A DNA stretch of 64,000 nt from Gammaproteobacteria bacterium (GCA_963662545.2 CAXXLL010000002.1:2368001-2432000), one strand, 5' to 3'. Numbered from the stretch's first letter, positions 8,515 to 19,384 are shown. Notes: generated by a model not told the origin, from the letters alone. Program-made: numbers and translations.

Positions 8515-10515
8515 TTGGACCGCGCGGGAGCCGGCGAGCACGTCGCGCAGCGGCTCGAGATGATCCGCGTAATGCCGCCAGTGCTCGCATGCGCTTGCGT
8601 AGAGCGGACGCCTGACCTGCCACTGGCTGGCCGTCGTCACTGCGCGTTCGGTGCGGTGGAAATCCAGGCAAGCGGCGTCCCAGTCGAGCCCGAGAAACGC
8701 GATCAACTCGCGCGTGTGCCCCTCCTGATCAGCGATCAGGCCCTCGTAATCCAGGTCCAGGAGCGGGATCGGGAGTACCGCCCGCCAGTGCGCCATCAGG
8801 CGCTCATACTCGCGATAAGCCGCACCCAGCTCCTGGAGATCGTAAGAATAGGGATGGCTCCCCGCCAGGTTACGCGTGTAAATCGAGAAACAGGTCGCCA
8901 TCGGATCGCGGCGGCAGTGGACGACGCGCGCCCGCGGGAAGAGTGCGGCGATGACCCCGAGGTAGAGGAAGTTATAAGGCATTTTGTCGGTGACCCGGAC
9001 GGCTCCGCTAGCGCGCTGGTTTAACAGGTGGAGATAGGCCGGCGCGAGCTGCGCGATCACTTCCATGCTGCCTTTCACGCAGTAGGGAAACGGCTTGTTG
9101 CTCTCAAGCCGGCGCGCGAGCTTCATGATGTGCTCCGGAAAAAACGTCAATTCACCGGCACCGAAGACCCGCGGATGGCTTGCTGCAATCTGTTCCACGA
9201 GCGAAGTGCCCGAGCGCGGCATGCCCACAACGAAGACCGGTTGTTCACTCGATAGTCCGTGAGCCGCGGCGTTTTCGAAGTACTCGGTGCTGAATACCTC
9301 GATAATGGCTTCAATGAAGCGGGTCTGGGCCCCCGCATTGAAGCGGACATCGGCATGCTTTAATTGATTCGCTGTTTCGAACGCGGCGAACGCCTCCTCG
9401 AATTGACCGAGGTCGTCCAGCAGTTTGCCCAGCGCAAACTGCATGTCGATGCGATGCAAGGGCGCCAGCGTATCGTTGGCAAGCTGGCCGCTGATCCGCT
9501 CGACGAGGTCGCGCATTTGCGCTTCGTCCAAGTCGAGCTCGGCGAGGTTGCGGTAGGCGTCGCCGAACCCGGCTTCTATGGCAATGGCCCGCTCGAAATG
9601 CGAGGCCGCCCGCGACCGGTCACCGAGCGCACTGCAGGCCATGCCGGTGTGGTTCAGCGACAGCGGCAGCGCTTCGTCCAAGGCGAGGGCTGCCTCAAAG
9701 CTTGCCAGGGCGTCGTCAACGCGATTTTTCGCAAACTGCACCAAGCCCAAAGCGTTCAGCAAGTCCGTGGAATCCGGCTGCCGCTTCAGGGCCTCGTCGA
9801 AGGCCGCTTCGGCATCGTCGAGGGCACCCTGCCGGCGCAGGCAGTGACCGAGCGCTTCCCACACAGCTGCGGATCGGTCGTCGAGTTCGAGCGCACGCCG
9901 GAAAGCTTCGATGGCTTCTTCGTAGTTCGCCTGCGCCTGCAGGGCAAGCGCAAGATTGAAATGGCCGCCCGGGAAGTCGGGCGCGAGCTTTACTACCCTG
10001 CGAAACAGCTGCCCCGCCTCGTTCATTTTTCCGCTCTGCCTCAACAGATTACCGAGATTGTTGATCGCGTCGACATAATCCGGCCTCGAGCGGATGGCCT
10101 TGCGGTAGTGCTTTTCTGCCGCGGCGTCCTCGCCGGTCGCCAACAGCGCGTTGCCGAGGTTGAATTGCGCCTCCGCGAAGCGCGGTTTGAGCGCGACCGC
10201 TTGTTCGAACAACGGCAAGGCACCTGGCGGATCGCCGTTTTGCATCGTGGCCATCCCCAGATTGTTGTGGTAATCCGGATTGTTAGGATCGAGTTCGATC
10301 GCCTGGCGGATCAGGCCCGCTCCCTGCTTGAAATTCCCGGTTTGACAACCGATGACTCCCAGCATGTTCAGAGCCCCGGCATGCTGGGGAAATTGCCGCA
10401 GAACCTCGCGGTACAAATGTTCCGCCCGCTGCAGCGCCCCATCCTGATGAAGCGTGATCGCGGTCTGAAAGAGTCGCTCGGCAACCTGGGCCGGCTTGTC
10501 AGCGGAATGCCCCAC
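8500..10515 (-). CDS. TPR-repeat sulfotransferase-family protein
   Basis: Many TPRs; FVVGMPRSGTSLVEQI, TDKMPYNF, TASQWQVRRPLY. Confidence 0.9.
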   Translation of the reverse strand: MGHSADKPAQVAERLFQTAITLHQDGALQRAEHLYREVLRQFPQHAGALNMLGVIGCQTGNFKQGAGLIRQAIELDPNNPDYHNNLGMATMQNGDPPGALPLFEQAVALKPRFAEAQFNLGNALLATGEDAAAEKHYRKAIRSRPDYVDAINNLGNLLRQSGKMNEAGQLFRRVVKLAPDFPGGHFNLALALQAQANYEEAIEAFRRALELDDRSAAVWEALGHCLRRQGALDDAEAAFDEALKRQPDSTDLLNALGLVQFAKNRVDDALASFEAALALDEALPLSLNHTGMACSALGDRSRAASHFERAIAIEAGFGDAYRNLAELDLDEAQMRDLVERISGQLANDTLAPLHRIDMQFALGKLLDDLGQFEEAFAAFETANQLKHADVRFNAGAQTRFIEAIIEVFSTEYFENAAAHGLSSEQPVFVVGMPRSGTSLVEQIAASHPRVFGAGELTFFPEHIMKLARRLESNKPFPYCVKGSMEVIAQLAPAYLHLLNQRASGAVRVTDKMPYNFLYLGVIAALFPRARVVHCRRDPMATCFSIYTRNLAGSHPYSYDLQELGAAYREYERLMAHWRAVLPIPLLDLDYEGLIADQEGHTRELIAFLGLDWDAACLDFHRTERAVTTASQWQVRRPLYASACEHWRHYADHLEPLRDVLAGSRAVQGTSE

Positions 10516-10531
10516 GCGCGGCTACGCGGAT

Positions 10532-10783
10532 TCAACCACCGGCGACGGGTGGCCACATTGCCAATACGTCGCCTTCCTTGAGGATCGGTTTGTCGCGATC
10601 TTCGGGAACGACGTAGATGCCGTTGACAAGAATTAGATGCACCGATTCCCGCGGCACGCGAAAGCGATCGATAAGGTCGTGTACCGAATCTTTCGGACTC
10701 GCATTGATCTCGACGATGTTCTGCTCGGCGTCGTCCGGCAGGAACTCGGTGAGCGATGCAAACAGTTTGAAGGTAATCTTCAA
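10532..10783 (-). CDS. MoaD/ThiS-family sulfur carrier (AOR-associated)
   Basis: Beta-grasp size, C-terminal PPVAGG. Confidence 0.88.
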   Translation of the reverse strand: MKITFKLFASLTEFLPDDAEQNIVEINASPKDSVHDLIDRFRVPRESVHLILVNGIYVVPEDRDKPILKEGDVLAMWPPVAGG

Positions 10784-10840
10784 GAAATATCAGCGCGGAA
10801 TGAGCGGCGCAACCGCGGCATCGACGAACCGGACGGGCTT

Positions 10841-12106
10841 CTACAATATCGCGGCGTTGAAACCGACCGCCTGCGTACTCGCGAGATAGGCTTCCATGAT
10901 GCGGGTCGGATCGTCGATCAGTTTCTGCTTCCAGCCGCCGAGACGCGTCTTCGTCTGGATCAGACCGCGCAGAACGCCGACGTGCTGGGTCAGCCCGAGG
11001 CTCGTCGCGCCCACGAGAACGTCGTCTTCGAATTGGAGATTTAAATAACGGTAACGCTCTCGGTTCAAAAGCTCCGCGGAATCGCCGCCCTCTTTGCCCA
11101 TCCATAATCCGAACGAACTCGAGATGAGGCCGATGGTGTCGAGTACATTCATATTCACGCACCCTTTATGCACGGCGCCCTCTAGCCCGGCCATGTTGCG
11201 TGCGGCAAGTTGCCCGTGGTCGGCGGCGGTCGGCTGTATCGCCTGGACCGAATATTCGCCGGTCGAGAAATCGATGCCCTGCGCCACATCACCGGCGGCG
11301 AATATGTCGGGGTCGTTCGTCTGCATGTGTCGATTGACGAGAATGCCTTGATCGATCTCGATACCGCCATCGGCGACGAGATCGACGTTGGGCCGCACGC
11401 CCGTCGCCGAGACGACCAAGTCAGCGTCGAGCGACTCGCCCGAATCGAGTACGACGCGGAGTCCCTTGCCGCTTTTTTCGATCGCTGTCACCTGCGTCGA
11501 CGTGAGCACATTTACGCCGCGGCTTTCGCACCATTCCTTGAGCATATTGCCCGCGATATCGTTCATCATGCGCGGCACCATGCGGTCTTCCATTTCGACC
11601 ACCGTCAGCTGGGCGCCGCTTTTCGCCAACGCTTCGAGAATGATGCAGCCGATGAATCCCGCGCCCATCAACACGACTTTCGCGCCCGGTTTCGACGTCG
11701 ACGCGATCCTGCGGGCATCTTCCAGGGTCCAGCACGCGGTCACGCCTGGAGAGTCGATACCTTCGATCGGGGGCGATACCGGGACCGCGCCGGTTGCAAT
11801 GAGCAGCTTGTCATAGGGCACTTCACTGCCACCTTCGAGCTTCAACTGCCTGGCTGAACGATCGATTGCGGTGACCTTACCTTCCACGATCGCAATGTTG
11901 CGGTCGCGAAAATGGTCGTCGGATTTACGGAGGTAGGTGCCCTCTTCTTTGATTTGCCGAGCCAGATAATACGGGATCGCCATGCGCGAATACGGCGGCT
12001 CCGGTTCGTCGCCGACGAGGGTTACGACCGCGTCGGGCTGCAGTTTACGCAAGGCCTCCGCGGCGATGACGCCGGCGGGGCCGGCTCCAATGATCACGTG
12101 CTGCAT
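10841..12106 (-). CDS. FAD/NAD-dependent oxidoreductase subunit (AorC-like)
   Basis: IIGAGPAG, ATG, GAGFIG, TNDPDIFAAGD motifs; in operon with AOR. Confidence 0.88.
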   Translation of the reverse strand: MQHVIIGAGPAGVIAAEALRKLQPDAVVTLVGDEPEPPYSRMAIPYYLARQIKEEGTYLRKSDDHFRDRNIAIVEGKVTAIDRSARQLKLEGGSEVPYDKLLIATGAVPVSPPIEGIDSPGVTACWTLEDARRIASTSKPGAKVVLMGAGFIGCIILEALAKSGAQLTVVEMEDRMVPRMMNDIAGNMLKEWCESRGVNVLTSTQVTAIEKSGKGLRVVLDSGESLDADLVVSATGVRPNVDLVADGGIEIDQGILVNRHMQTNDPDIFAAGDVAQGIDFSTGEYSVQAIQPTAADHGQLAARNMAGLEGAVHKGCVNMNVLDTIGLISSSFGLWMGKEGGDSAELLNRERYRYLNLQFEDDVLVGATSLGLTQHVGVLRGLIQTKTRLGGWKQKLIDDPTRIMEAYLASTQAVGFNAAIL

Positions 12107-12151
12107 AAGAAATCCACTCCGCTTTTCAACCGGTTTTCGACTCGGTTACCG

Positions 12152-14002
12152 CTAGACCGAAAGCCGGGTCAACGTGCCCTCGGTCGGTACGCCCTCCTCG
12201 GTCCAGCCTCGCGCCGCGTAGTACTGAGGCAGCATTTCATCGAGCCGGTTGACCATGCCCTTGGCCGGGCCGGTCTTCGCAGCATCCTTCAACAGGCGCT
12301 TCGGCAGGGTGTCGTCGGCGGCGGTGAGTCCCGCGTCGAGGTTGAATTGGCGCTCGAGATTCCAGATCCGCTCGCCGGCTTCGAGCATCGATTCGGCCGT
12401 GAAGCCGCCTTCGCAAGCGGCGTCGACCTGCGGCGCGATGTCCTCCATCGTCCAGGCGAACGTGGTGAACACGCACAAGCCGGTGGAATCAACCGCCGCG
12501 GTCGCGTCCTGGAAAGCCTTGACGAGTTCCGGCTTGCCCTCGGTGGACAGCGGATCGGTCTTCACGGGCACGCCCATGATCTCCGAGGACACGGTGTAAC
12601 CGCGCAGATGGCAGGCGCCCCGGTTGGAAGTGGCATAGGCCAGGCCCATGCCCTGCACGGCGCGGGGGTCGTAGGCCGGGAATTCCTGGCCCTTGACCGT
12701 CATCGAGAGTTCGGGGTGGCCGTATTTCTCACACATGCGCTTGGAGCCCAGGCCCAGGTCCTTGCCGAAGCCCTCGCCCGTGGAAACCATTTCGGCCGCC
12801 TTCGTCAACGCCTCCGCCGATCCGAATTTCATCTCGACGCCGCCGGTGTCCTCGGTGGTGATCGCACCGATGTCGAACAATTCCATCGCCGCGGCGACTG
12901 TGGAGCCGAAGGAGATGGGATCCCAGCCGTCTTCGTTGCAAAGGAAATTGGCATAGGTCAAGGCGTCGATGTCGTCGACACCGGTGTCGCAACCGAGCGC
13001 CCACGCTGCTTCGTATTCCAGGCCACCGGAAGCGCCGATGTATTCCGGCCGGTTTTGTATGGTGTAGTGCTGCGGATCGATCGTTGAAATGCGCCCGCAG
13101 GCGATGGTGCAGCCGAAACACGCAGCGTTCGTCACCAGGTTCGGCTTGCCGTCGCTCTCGCGCGGTTCGTGCATGGCTTCGCCCGAGATCTTGCTCGCGC
13201 CCTCGAATTGCACTTCGCGCATGTTGCGGGTCGGCATCGCGCCGACTTCGTTGATGACGTTCATGAGGACTTGGGTGCCCAGTGCAGGCAGGCCCTCGCC
13301 GGTGACGGCGTTCTCGGCGAGGACTGCCTTGGCTTCGCTGGTGACCTTCATGAACGCCTTGCCATCGCGAATATTGCCGACGCCCTTGGTACCACGCACG
13401 GCCACGGCCTTCAAATTCTTCGAAGCCATCACCGTGCCGACTCCCGAGCGCCCGGCCGCGCGATGCAGATCGTTGACGACGCCTGCGTACAGGCACCCCT
13501 GTTCCGCGGAGCGCCCGACACAGGCGATGCGGATGAGGGGATCCTGGTATTTCGCATGCAGAATTTCGTCTGTTTTCCACACGGATTTGCCCCAGATTTC
13601 ATCCGCAGGGCAGATCTCGGCTTGGTCGTTTTCTACATAGAGGTAGACCGGTTTCGCCGCCTTGCCCTCGAAGATGATCATGTCCCAGCCCGCTTGCTTG
13701 AGTTCCGCACCGATGAAGCCACCCGAATTGGAACAGGCCACAGCGCCGGTCAGGGGGCTTTTACAGATGACGGAGTAGCGCCCACCGGTCGAGGCCATAG
13801 TCCCCGTCAATGGACCGGTGGCCATGATGAGTTTGTTCTCCGGTGAGAGTGCGTCGACCTTGGGATCGATCTCTTCGACGAGGTATTTGGTCGCGAGCCC
13901 GCGCTGGCCGATGTATTTCATCGCCCATTCCATGTTCAACGGCTCCTCAGCACACGTCCCTTCGGTGAGGTTGACGCGGAGAATTCTACGTGTCCATGCC
14001 AT
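12152..14002 (-). CDS. aor: Tungsten/molybdenum aldehyde:ferredoxin oxidoreductase catalytic subunit
   Basis: KSPLTG, AGRSGVGTVMASKNLKAV, CFGCTIACGR, EYE, ATSNRGACH motifs. Confidence 0.93.
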   Translation of the reverse strand: MAWTRRILRVNLTEGTCAEEPLNMEWAMKYIGQRGLATKYLVEEIDPKVDALSPENKLIMATGPLTGTMASTGGRYSVICKSPLTGAVACSNSGGFIGAELKQAGWDMIIFEGKAAKPVYLYVENDQAEICPADEIWGKSVWKTDEILHAKYQDPLIRIACVGRSAEQGCLYAGVVNDLHRAAGRSGVGTVMASKNLKAVAVRGTKGVGNIRDGKAFMKVTSEAKAVLAENAVTGEGLPALGTQVLMNVINEVGAMPTRNMREVQFEGASKISGEAMHEPRESDGKPNLVTNAACFGCTIACGRISTIDPQHYTIQNRPEYIGASGGLEYEAAWALGCDTGVDDIDALTYANFLCNEDGWDPISFGSTVAAAMELFDIGAITTEDTGGVEMKFGSAEALTKAAEMVSTGEGFGKDLGLGSKRMCEKYGHPELSMTVKGQEFPAYDPRAVQGMGLAYATSNRGACHLRGYTVSSEIMGVPVKTDPLSTEGKPELVKAFQDATAAVDSTGLCVFTTFAWTMEDIAPQVDAACEGGFTAESMLEAGERIWNLERQFNLDAGLTAADDTLPKRLLKDAAKTGPAKGMVNRLDEMLPQYYAARGWTEEGVPTEGTLTRLSV

Positions 14003-14041
14003 GGTCGGTGCTCCTGAGAGTGTTCGTTTATGCCGTTCGCT

Positions 14042-14509
14042 TTAAGCTTTGGGAAGCGACTGCGCGGCGTGAGCGCGCATCCGTTCGAGTCCGGTATGAT
14101 CGATATCGACGTAGGTGATGGCGTCCGTTGGGCAGGCTTCTGCGCAGGCTGGTTCGCCACCGCATAAATCACATTTGATGACCTTGCCGGTATCGGCGTT
14201 GTAATTGACGGTGCCGAAGGGACAGGCGATGGTGCAGACCTTACAGCCGACGCAGATCTCTTCGATCACGTCTTTCGAGCCCGTGTCCGGGTTGATCACG
14301 ATGGCCTCGACCGGACAGGCATGCATACACCACGCTTCGGCGCACTGCGAGCAGGTGTACGGTGCAAACCGCCCCTCGTCATGGAAAGTGAATACCTTGA
14401 TGCGTGATTTCGAGGGATTGAACAGGCCCTCGTTTTCGTAGGAACACGCCATCTCACACTGCAGGCAGCCGGTGCACTTTTCCGGTTCGAGTTGCAGGGC
14501 TTTGAGCAT
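14042..14509 (-). CDS. 4Fe-4S dicluster electron-transfer subunit (AorA-like)
   Basis: CTGCLQCEMAC, CSQC..C..CP, CVGCKVCTIACP, CDLC...CAEACP; ATG at 14509 with GAGGAG RBS. Confidence 0.9.
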   Translation of the reverse strand: MLKALQLEPEKCTGCLQCEMACSYENEGLFNPSKSRIKVFTFHDEGRFAPYTCSQCAEAWCMHACPVEAIVINPDTGSKDVIEEICVGCKVCTIACPFGTVNYNADTGKVIKCDLCGGEPACAEACPTDAITYVDIDHTGLERMRAHAAQSLPKA

Positions 14510-14839
14510 TGGGTATCTCCTCAATGACGGCCTTCAGACCGGCCGTTTCGGTTGGGACGATCGACAATGCTTATCACGCCACGGCGGCTAGCCTGACGGC
14601 ACAGTACCGCCACCGCAGAGATCCTGCGGCCGAGAAACTGAGACCTGCCGTGCATGGGTTGTTCGCATTGCGCTTCAGCGTAATCGCTCAGGAATTATGT
14701 TCCGCGCCAACTTAGAATGCGTTGTATTATTGGCGGCGACCTGAGCAGCCCAGACTAACGAGAAATCCCGTAAAAAACCAGTACGGGCGCGGCTTCGCGC
14801 AAATGCAATTCATTCTCATCTATCAGACATTAGGAACTC

Positions 14840-15730
14840 ATGCACGCCTCGATACGCGCTTCTATCCATCCCGCAGGCAGGCCCTTGTCGCATGCCCGTG
14901 AACTTCGATTTTCGAGCGGTGTCGAGCGTGTCTCTCGCCGATACGGCATCTTAATCTGGCTAGCCTGCGCTCTCGCCACGCTGCCAGCCCCCGCGGAGAC
15001 GACCACGGTCCGCATCGGGTTTCTCGGCACGGCCGATACCGACGCCCATAAGGGTGCGCAACAGGGCATCGACGAGGCGAATGCGCAGGGAAAATTCCTC
15101 GCTCTTCATTACGAACTGGTGACGGTCGAGGATGCCGGCCAGGCTGTCGCTATTCGTCCCAGCGCCATCGTCGCCGCCGTGTCGCCGCTGCGCTTGTTGA
15201 AATTGTCGGGCGAGGCGGTCGGCATTCCCGTATTGAACGCGACGGCGCCGGACGATGAACTTCGCGAAGAATGCCGAGGTAACCTGTTCCATACCATCCC
15301 GAGCCACGCGATGCACGAAGATGCGCTGCAACAATGGCGGCGCAAGAACCCACGCTCAGGGGCACTTTCACGGGCCTGGCACCCCGCTTTCAAGAAATAC
15401 GCCGCGGGGCAACTCAATAAGCGATACCGCAAAGCATCCGGGCAGACCATGACGGACGAGGCCTGGGCCGCGTGGGCTGCGGTCAAATTATTGTCCGACA
15501 CCGTGGCGCGGACAGGCAGCGCCGATCCCGCTATCGCGCTTGAATCGATGCAAACTGATCTCGTATTCGACGGTCAAAAGGGCATCGACATGAGCTTTCG
15601 GGATACCGGACAATTGAGACAACCGCTGCTATTGGTAGAAAACGACGAGATCGTCGGCGAGGCGCCCGTCCGGGGCATCGTGGGGATCACCAATCTCGAC
15701 AGCCTCGGCCTGGCGGAATGCCCCAAGTAG
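14840..15730 (+). CDS. Periplasmic binding-type protein of PQQ-dependent alcohol dehydrogenase systems
   Basis: GAQQGIDEANAQGKF; DGQKG..MSFRDTGQLRQPLLL; start uncertain. Confidence 0.7.
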   Translation: MHASIRASIHPAGRPLSHARELRFSSGVERVSRRYGILIWLACALATLPAPAETTTVRIGFLGTADTDAHKGAQQGIDEANAQGKFLALHYELVTVEDAGQAVAIRPSAIVAAVSPLRLLKLSGEAVGIPVLNATAPDDELREECRGNLFHTIPSHAMHEDALQQWRRKNPRSGALSRAWHPAFKKYAAGQLNKRYRKASGQTMTDEAWAAWAAVKLLSDTVARTGSADPAIALESMQTDLVFDGQKGIDMSFRDTGQLRQPLLLVENDEIVGEAPVRGIVGITNLDSLGLAECPK

Positions 15731-15797
15731 GGAATCCGTGCATCACTCGCCTCGGATGTTCAACAGCTAGCTCACCCTAATCCACACGGAGTCCTCG

Positions 15798-16750
15798 ATG
15801 CGAATAGCGATTTTACTTCTGATCGGGTCCTTAGCGCCGGTCACCTTCGGGTCACCTTTGCTGCGGGGCATGTGTTCGTGACCAATGAACGCAGCGACAG
15901 TATCAGCGTGATCGATACTGAAACAAATAAGGTCATCAAGACCATACCGGTCGGCAATCGGCCGCGCGGGATCGGGCTCGCGCCTGACAGGAGCGAAATC
16001 TACGTCGCGGTCAGTGGCGACAACCACATCGCGGTGATAGACCGTGAAACCCTCAAAGTCGTACGAACGTTTCCGAGCGGGGACGATCCGGAAACCTTTG
16101 ACGTGCACCAGAACGGAAACATTTACATATCGAACGAAGAGGACGCAAAGGCGTCCGTATTCAATCCGAAAACCGGTGAACTCGTCGCCGAGATCGAGGT
16201 CGGTATCGAGCCTGAGGGCGTGGCAATTTCGCCTGATGGCAGGTACGTGATCGTAACCAGTGAATCGAGCAATATGCTGCACCTGATCGACATCCCCGGT
16301 CATACCATCATCCACAACATCCTGGTCGGCGCGCGGCCGCGTGCGGCGACTTTCAGTGCGGACAGTAAAACGGCGTACGCGACCAGCGAGATCAGCGGCG
16401 AGGTCAAGAAAATCGACGTGGCGTCCGGTACGATCATTGGCAAGGTGGCGTTGAGTGACGATAAGGCCAAGCCCAAGGATGTCTTGATCAGCCGCGACGG
16501 CAACCGATTATTCGTGGCGGGCGGTCGGGCCAACCGTGTCTTCGTGCTGGACGCCCAGTCGCTTGAAATCATCAAGGCCATTGCGGTAGGTAAACGCGTC
16601 TGGAGCCTGGCCTTGAGCCGGGACGGCAAACGTCTTTACTCGACGGACGGTGTCGATCACCAGGTCTCGGTCATCGACACGGATTCAAATTCGGTTCTCA
16701 CCACCATACCGGTCGGCAAGTTTCCCTGGGGTATCGCGATCGACGACTGA
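15798..16750 (+). pseudogene. YVTN beta-propeller (PQQ catabolism-associated), signal peptide frameshifted
   Basis: YVTN repeats in ORF 15872-16750; ATG 15798 gives MRIAILLLIGSLAPVTFAAGHVFVTNE once an 11-bp duplication (15839-15849) is removed. Confidence 0.78.
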
Positions 16751-16882
16751 ACGATCGGCACGGAAGCGGCCGGGGCAATCCGGGTGCACCCTCACACTAG
16801 AAAACGTCATTCGCCCACAAGCGGGCTCTTAGGTCATCACCGCCAAACGTTATTGCCACACCGGTTCGTAGGAGTCCGCTCG

Positions 16883-19384
16883 CTAAAGACGCAGCCGAAT
16901 GCCTGCCCAGGCGCCGCGCTCGGCCCCGGCGCCCAAGTAGACCGGGCTTTGATTGACGAGGTTCGGCAGGATGTCGCCAGGTTCTTCACCCACCAGTCCG
17001 AAGTTTTCGTATTCCTCGTCGAACACGTTGGTCACCCGCGCAAAAATTTCCAGGTGCTGATTGAACACGTAGGTGGCACGCAGATTGACCACGGTATAGC
17101 CATCGACTTCGTCGAGTTGATTCGATTCGTCGCCGCGAAGGACCTGGTCTGAGTTGTAGATCACTTCGGCGCCAATGCGGAGGTTCCACGGCAACTGGTA
17201 ATCCGTGCTGAACTTGAGCTGGTGCTCGGGGATCCCCGGGATCCGATCACCATCGCTCACCCTGATTTCACCGTCGTCATTCGCGATTGGATGCGAGGGG
17301 CTGAGGGCGAGAAAGTCATTTCCGAAGGTCGCTCTCAGGTAGCTGTACGACATCGAACAATCGAAACGGCCGAAAGTCGCGGCAATAGCCGATTCGAATC
17401 CTTCGCGCCTGGTTTCGTCGACGTTGGCAAACAAACCTGTCGAGCGCCCTGTGGTCTGAAAAATGATGTCGTCCTTATTGATCGTGCGGAAATATCCGAG
17501 TCGATGTCGGACCGCGCCTAGCTGTCCGCGGACGCCGATCTCGATACTCTTGGCGACCACCTCGTGGAGCGGCGGATCGGCCAGAAACGCATTGGGCAGA
17601 CGGCATTCGAAATCGACGTCATCCGGGTCTTCACCGTGTGCGGCGGCGATCTCGCGTGCCAACTGGAAAACGCCGTCGTTGCACGCGAGTTCGATCGGCG
17701 TTGGCGCTCGCGACGACTCACTGTAGCCGGCGAATACGTTGTTATCCAGGCCGATGTCAAAGGTAATGCCGACAGACGGATTGAACCGCCTAAAGCCATG
17801 AGCGCCGTCGAGTTCCGGCCGTTCACCCGAACGATCGCGAAGTTCGATGCGGGTGTCGTTATAGCGGCCGCCGAAAGTCAGCGACAGCCGTTCAGTCAGG
17901 TCGATCGTATCCATGAAGAACACGCTCCAGGTCTCGGTCGACGTCGAGACCATGGTCGCGACGTCGTCGACAAAGGTGCCGACGCCAAGTCCCGCCGTGC
18001 TACGCGTCACGGCATCGATGTTCGACAATTCGGTGACCGAATTGAAATCTGCGCCGCCGTTGAAATAGCTAAAGCCGACGACCAGAAAGTTGCCGCGATG
18101 GAATACGTCGCCCAAAAACGTCATCAGCCAATCCGTACCATAGGTTTCCTGTTTGCGGTCACTGATGTTGTTGATCGCGTCATCGGCGATCACGCCGCTG
18201 CCCGACAGTTCAGTGGTCAAATCATCGATATCGAACGCTCGATCTCCGGGCGCGAGCAGCGCATTCAAAGCCGCTTCCAACGCGTCCGGATCGACCGCCG
18301 ACAGCGCGTTGTCCGCGCAGATGTCGTCGTCGTCGAGCCCGAGTTTTTCAAGATCTTCCGCTTCGATGCCCTCGATGAGAAAGGTCCCGCCGGCCAGCCC
18401 GCATGCGAGGAAATCCGAACCATCGCCGTTGAAGGAGTCGGTCTGATTCTTTCGATAAAACGCATCCGCATCGAGCCTCGCGGTGTCGCTAAACGCGTAC
18501 GACCCGTCGACGATGAACATGTGCATGGAATTTTCCGTAATGTCGGGTGCCGTAAAGACGGCTTCCCGGTCGATTTGCAAAAGACCGACCGGTGCCGGGC
18601 CGTTGCCGATCAACTCACTCTCACCATACTGAATACTGACGTTGGCCTCGGTTGCCTCGCCACGATAACTCAAGGTTGCGAACACGTTTGTCGCCTCTGA
18701 GTCGGAAAGATCGCGCCAGCCTTCTTCGTTGAAGTAATGGACATTTAGGTAATAGCCAAACCTACTATTGTTGGCGCCGCTCTCCGCAGTCGCAATGACG
18801 CGCTGCCACGAACCGCCTTTCACGTCGGCCTGATGGCCCTGGAAATTGAAGCCGTTTTTCATTTCTATCGATAAGGCGCCGCCGAGCGTGTTGAGGCCGT
18901 ACAGCGGATTCGCACCGCCGATGAGGCTCATGCTGTGCACCGCTGATTGGGGCAGGAGGTCCCAGCTTACTGAATCGCCCAGGGGTTCATTGATGCGCAC
19001 ACCATTCTGATAAACGGAAATTCCCATCGGGAGGCCCAACAGCGGCGAGGCGGTAAAGCCCCGAAACTGAACGTCTGGCTGCAGCGGATTGTTCTGCGCC
19101 GAATTGATATTCACGCTGCCGAGGTGGGTACCGAGATAATCGGTTAGGTCCGTGCTCTGCGCGCGCGCCAGGGCATCGGCGTCGGTCGCCTGCACATTGA
19201 ACGGCAGCTTGTTCAGATCAAGCCGCGAACTCCCGCCAGGCACCGGGGCGACGACCATGATCTCCTCGTCAAAGCCGGCGCCTTCCGCCGGGAGACCGAT
19301 GGGTGAAAAGCCTGCGGCGCTCAGCGCGGCAACGGCCCGGACAAAAATTCGTAGTCGCGTCAGGGGGGCCAAGGTTTGCTCCAT
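16883..19384 (-). CDS. TonB-dependent receptor, LutH/LanA-like family
   Basis: Plug motif NNPLQPDVQFRGFTASPLLGLPMGISVYQNGVRINEP; beta-barrel C-terminus; subfamily assigned from recall. Confidence 0.8.
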   Translation of the reverse strand: MEQTLAPLTRLRIFVRAVAALSAAGFSPIGLPAEGAGFDEEIMVVAPVPGGSSRLDLNKLPFNVQATDADALARAQSTDLTDYLGTHLGSVNINSAQNNPLQPDVQFRGFTASPLLGLPMGISVYQNGVRINEPLGDSVSWDLLPQSAVHSMSLIGGANPLYGLNTLGGALSIEMKNGFNFQGHQADVKGGSWQRVIATAESGANNSRFGYYLNVHYFNEEGWRDLSDSEATNVFATLSYRGEATEANVSIQYGESELIGNGPAPVGLLQIDREAVFTAPDITENSMHMFIVDGSYAFSDTARLDADAFYRKNQTDSFNGDGSDFLACGLAGGTFLIEGIEAEDLEKLGLDDDDICADNALSAVDPDALEAALNALLAPGDRAFDIDDLTTELSGSGVIADDAINNISDRKQETYGTDWLMTFLGDVFHRGNFLVVGFSYFNGGADFNSVTELSNIDAVTRSTAGLGVGTFVDDVATMVSTSTETWSVFFMDTIDLTERLSLTFGGRYNDTRIELRDRSGERPELDGAHGFRRFNPSVGITFDIGLDNNVFAGYSESSRAPTPIELACNDGVFQLAREIAAAHGEDPDDVDFECRLPNAFLADPPLHEVVAKSIEIGVRGQLGAVRHRLGYFRTINKDDIIFQTTGRSTGLFANVDETRREGFESAIAATFGRFDCSMSYSYLRATFGNDFLALSPSHPIANDDGEIRVSDGDRIPGIPEHQLKFSTDYQLPWNLRIGAEVIYNSDQVLRGDESNQLDEVDGYTVVNLRATYVFNQHLEIFARVTNVFDEEYENFGLVGEEPGDILPNLVNQSPVYLGAGAERGAWAGIRLRL

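Noticed and set aside
9364-13640. Long antisense or alternative-frame ORFs (e.g. 9364-10581, 11912-13087, 12729-13580)
   Set aside because: Shadow ORFs of well-supported GC-rich genes, with no recognisable motifs.
14525-14839. Moco/Wco riboswitch or sigma54 promoter upstream of the aor operon
   Set aside because: No convincing motif or GG-N10-GC spacing seen by eye; an Rfam/Infernal search would be needed.
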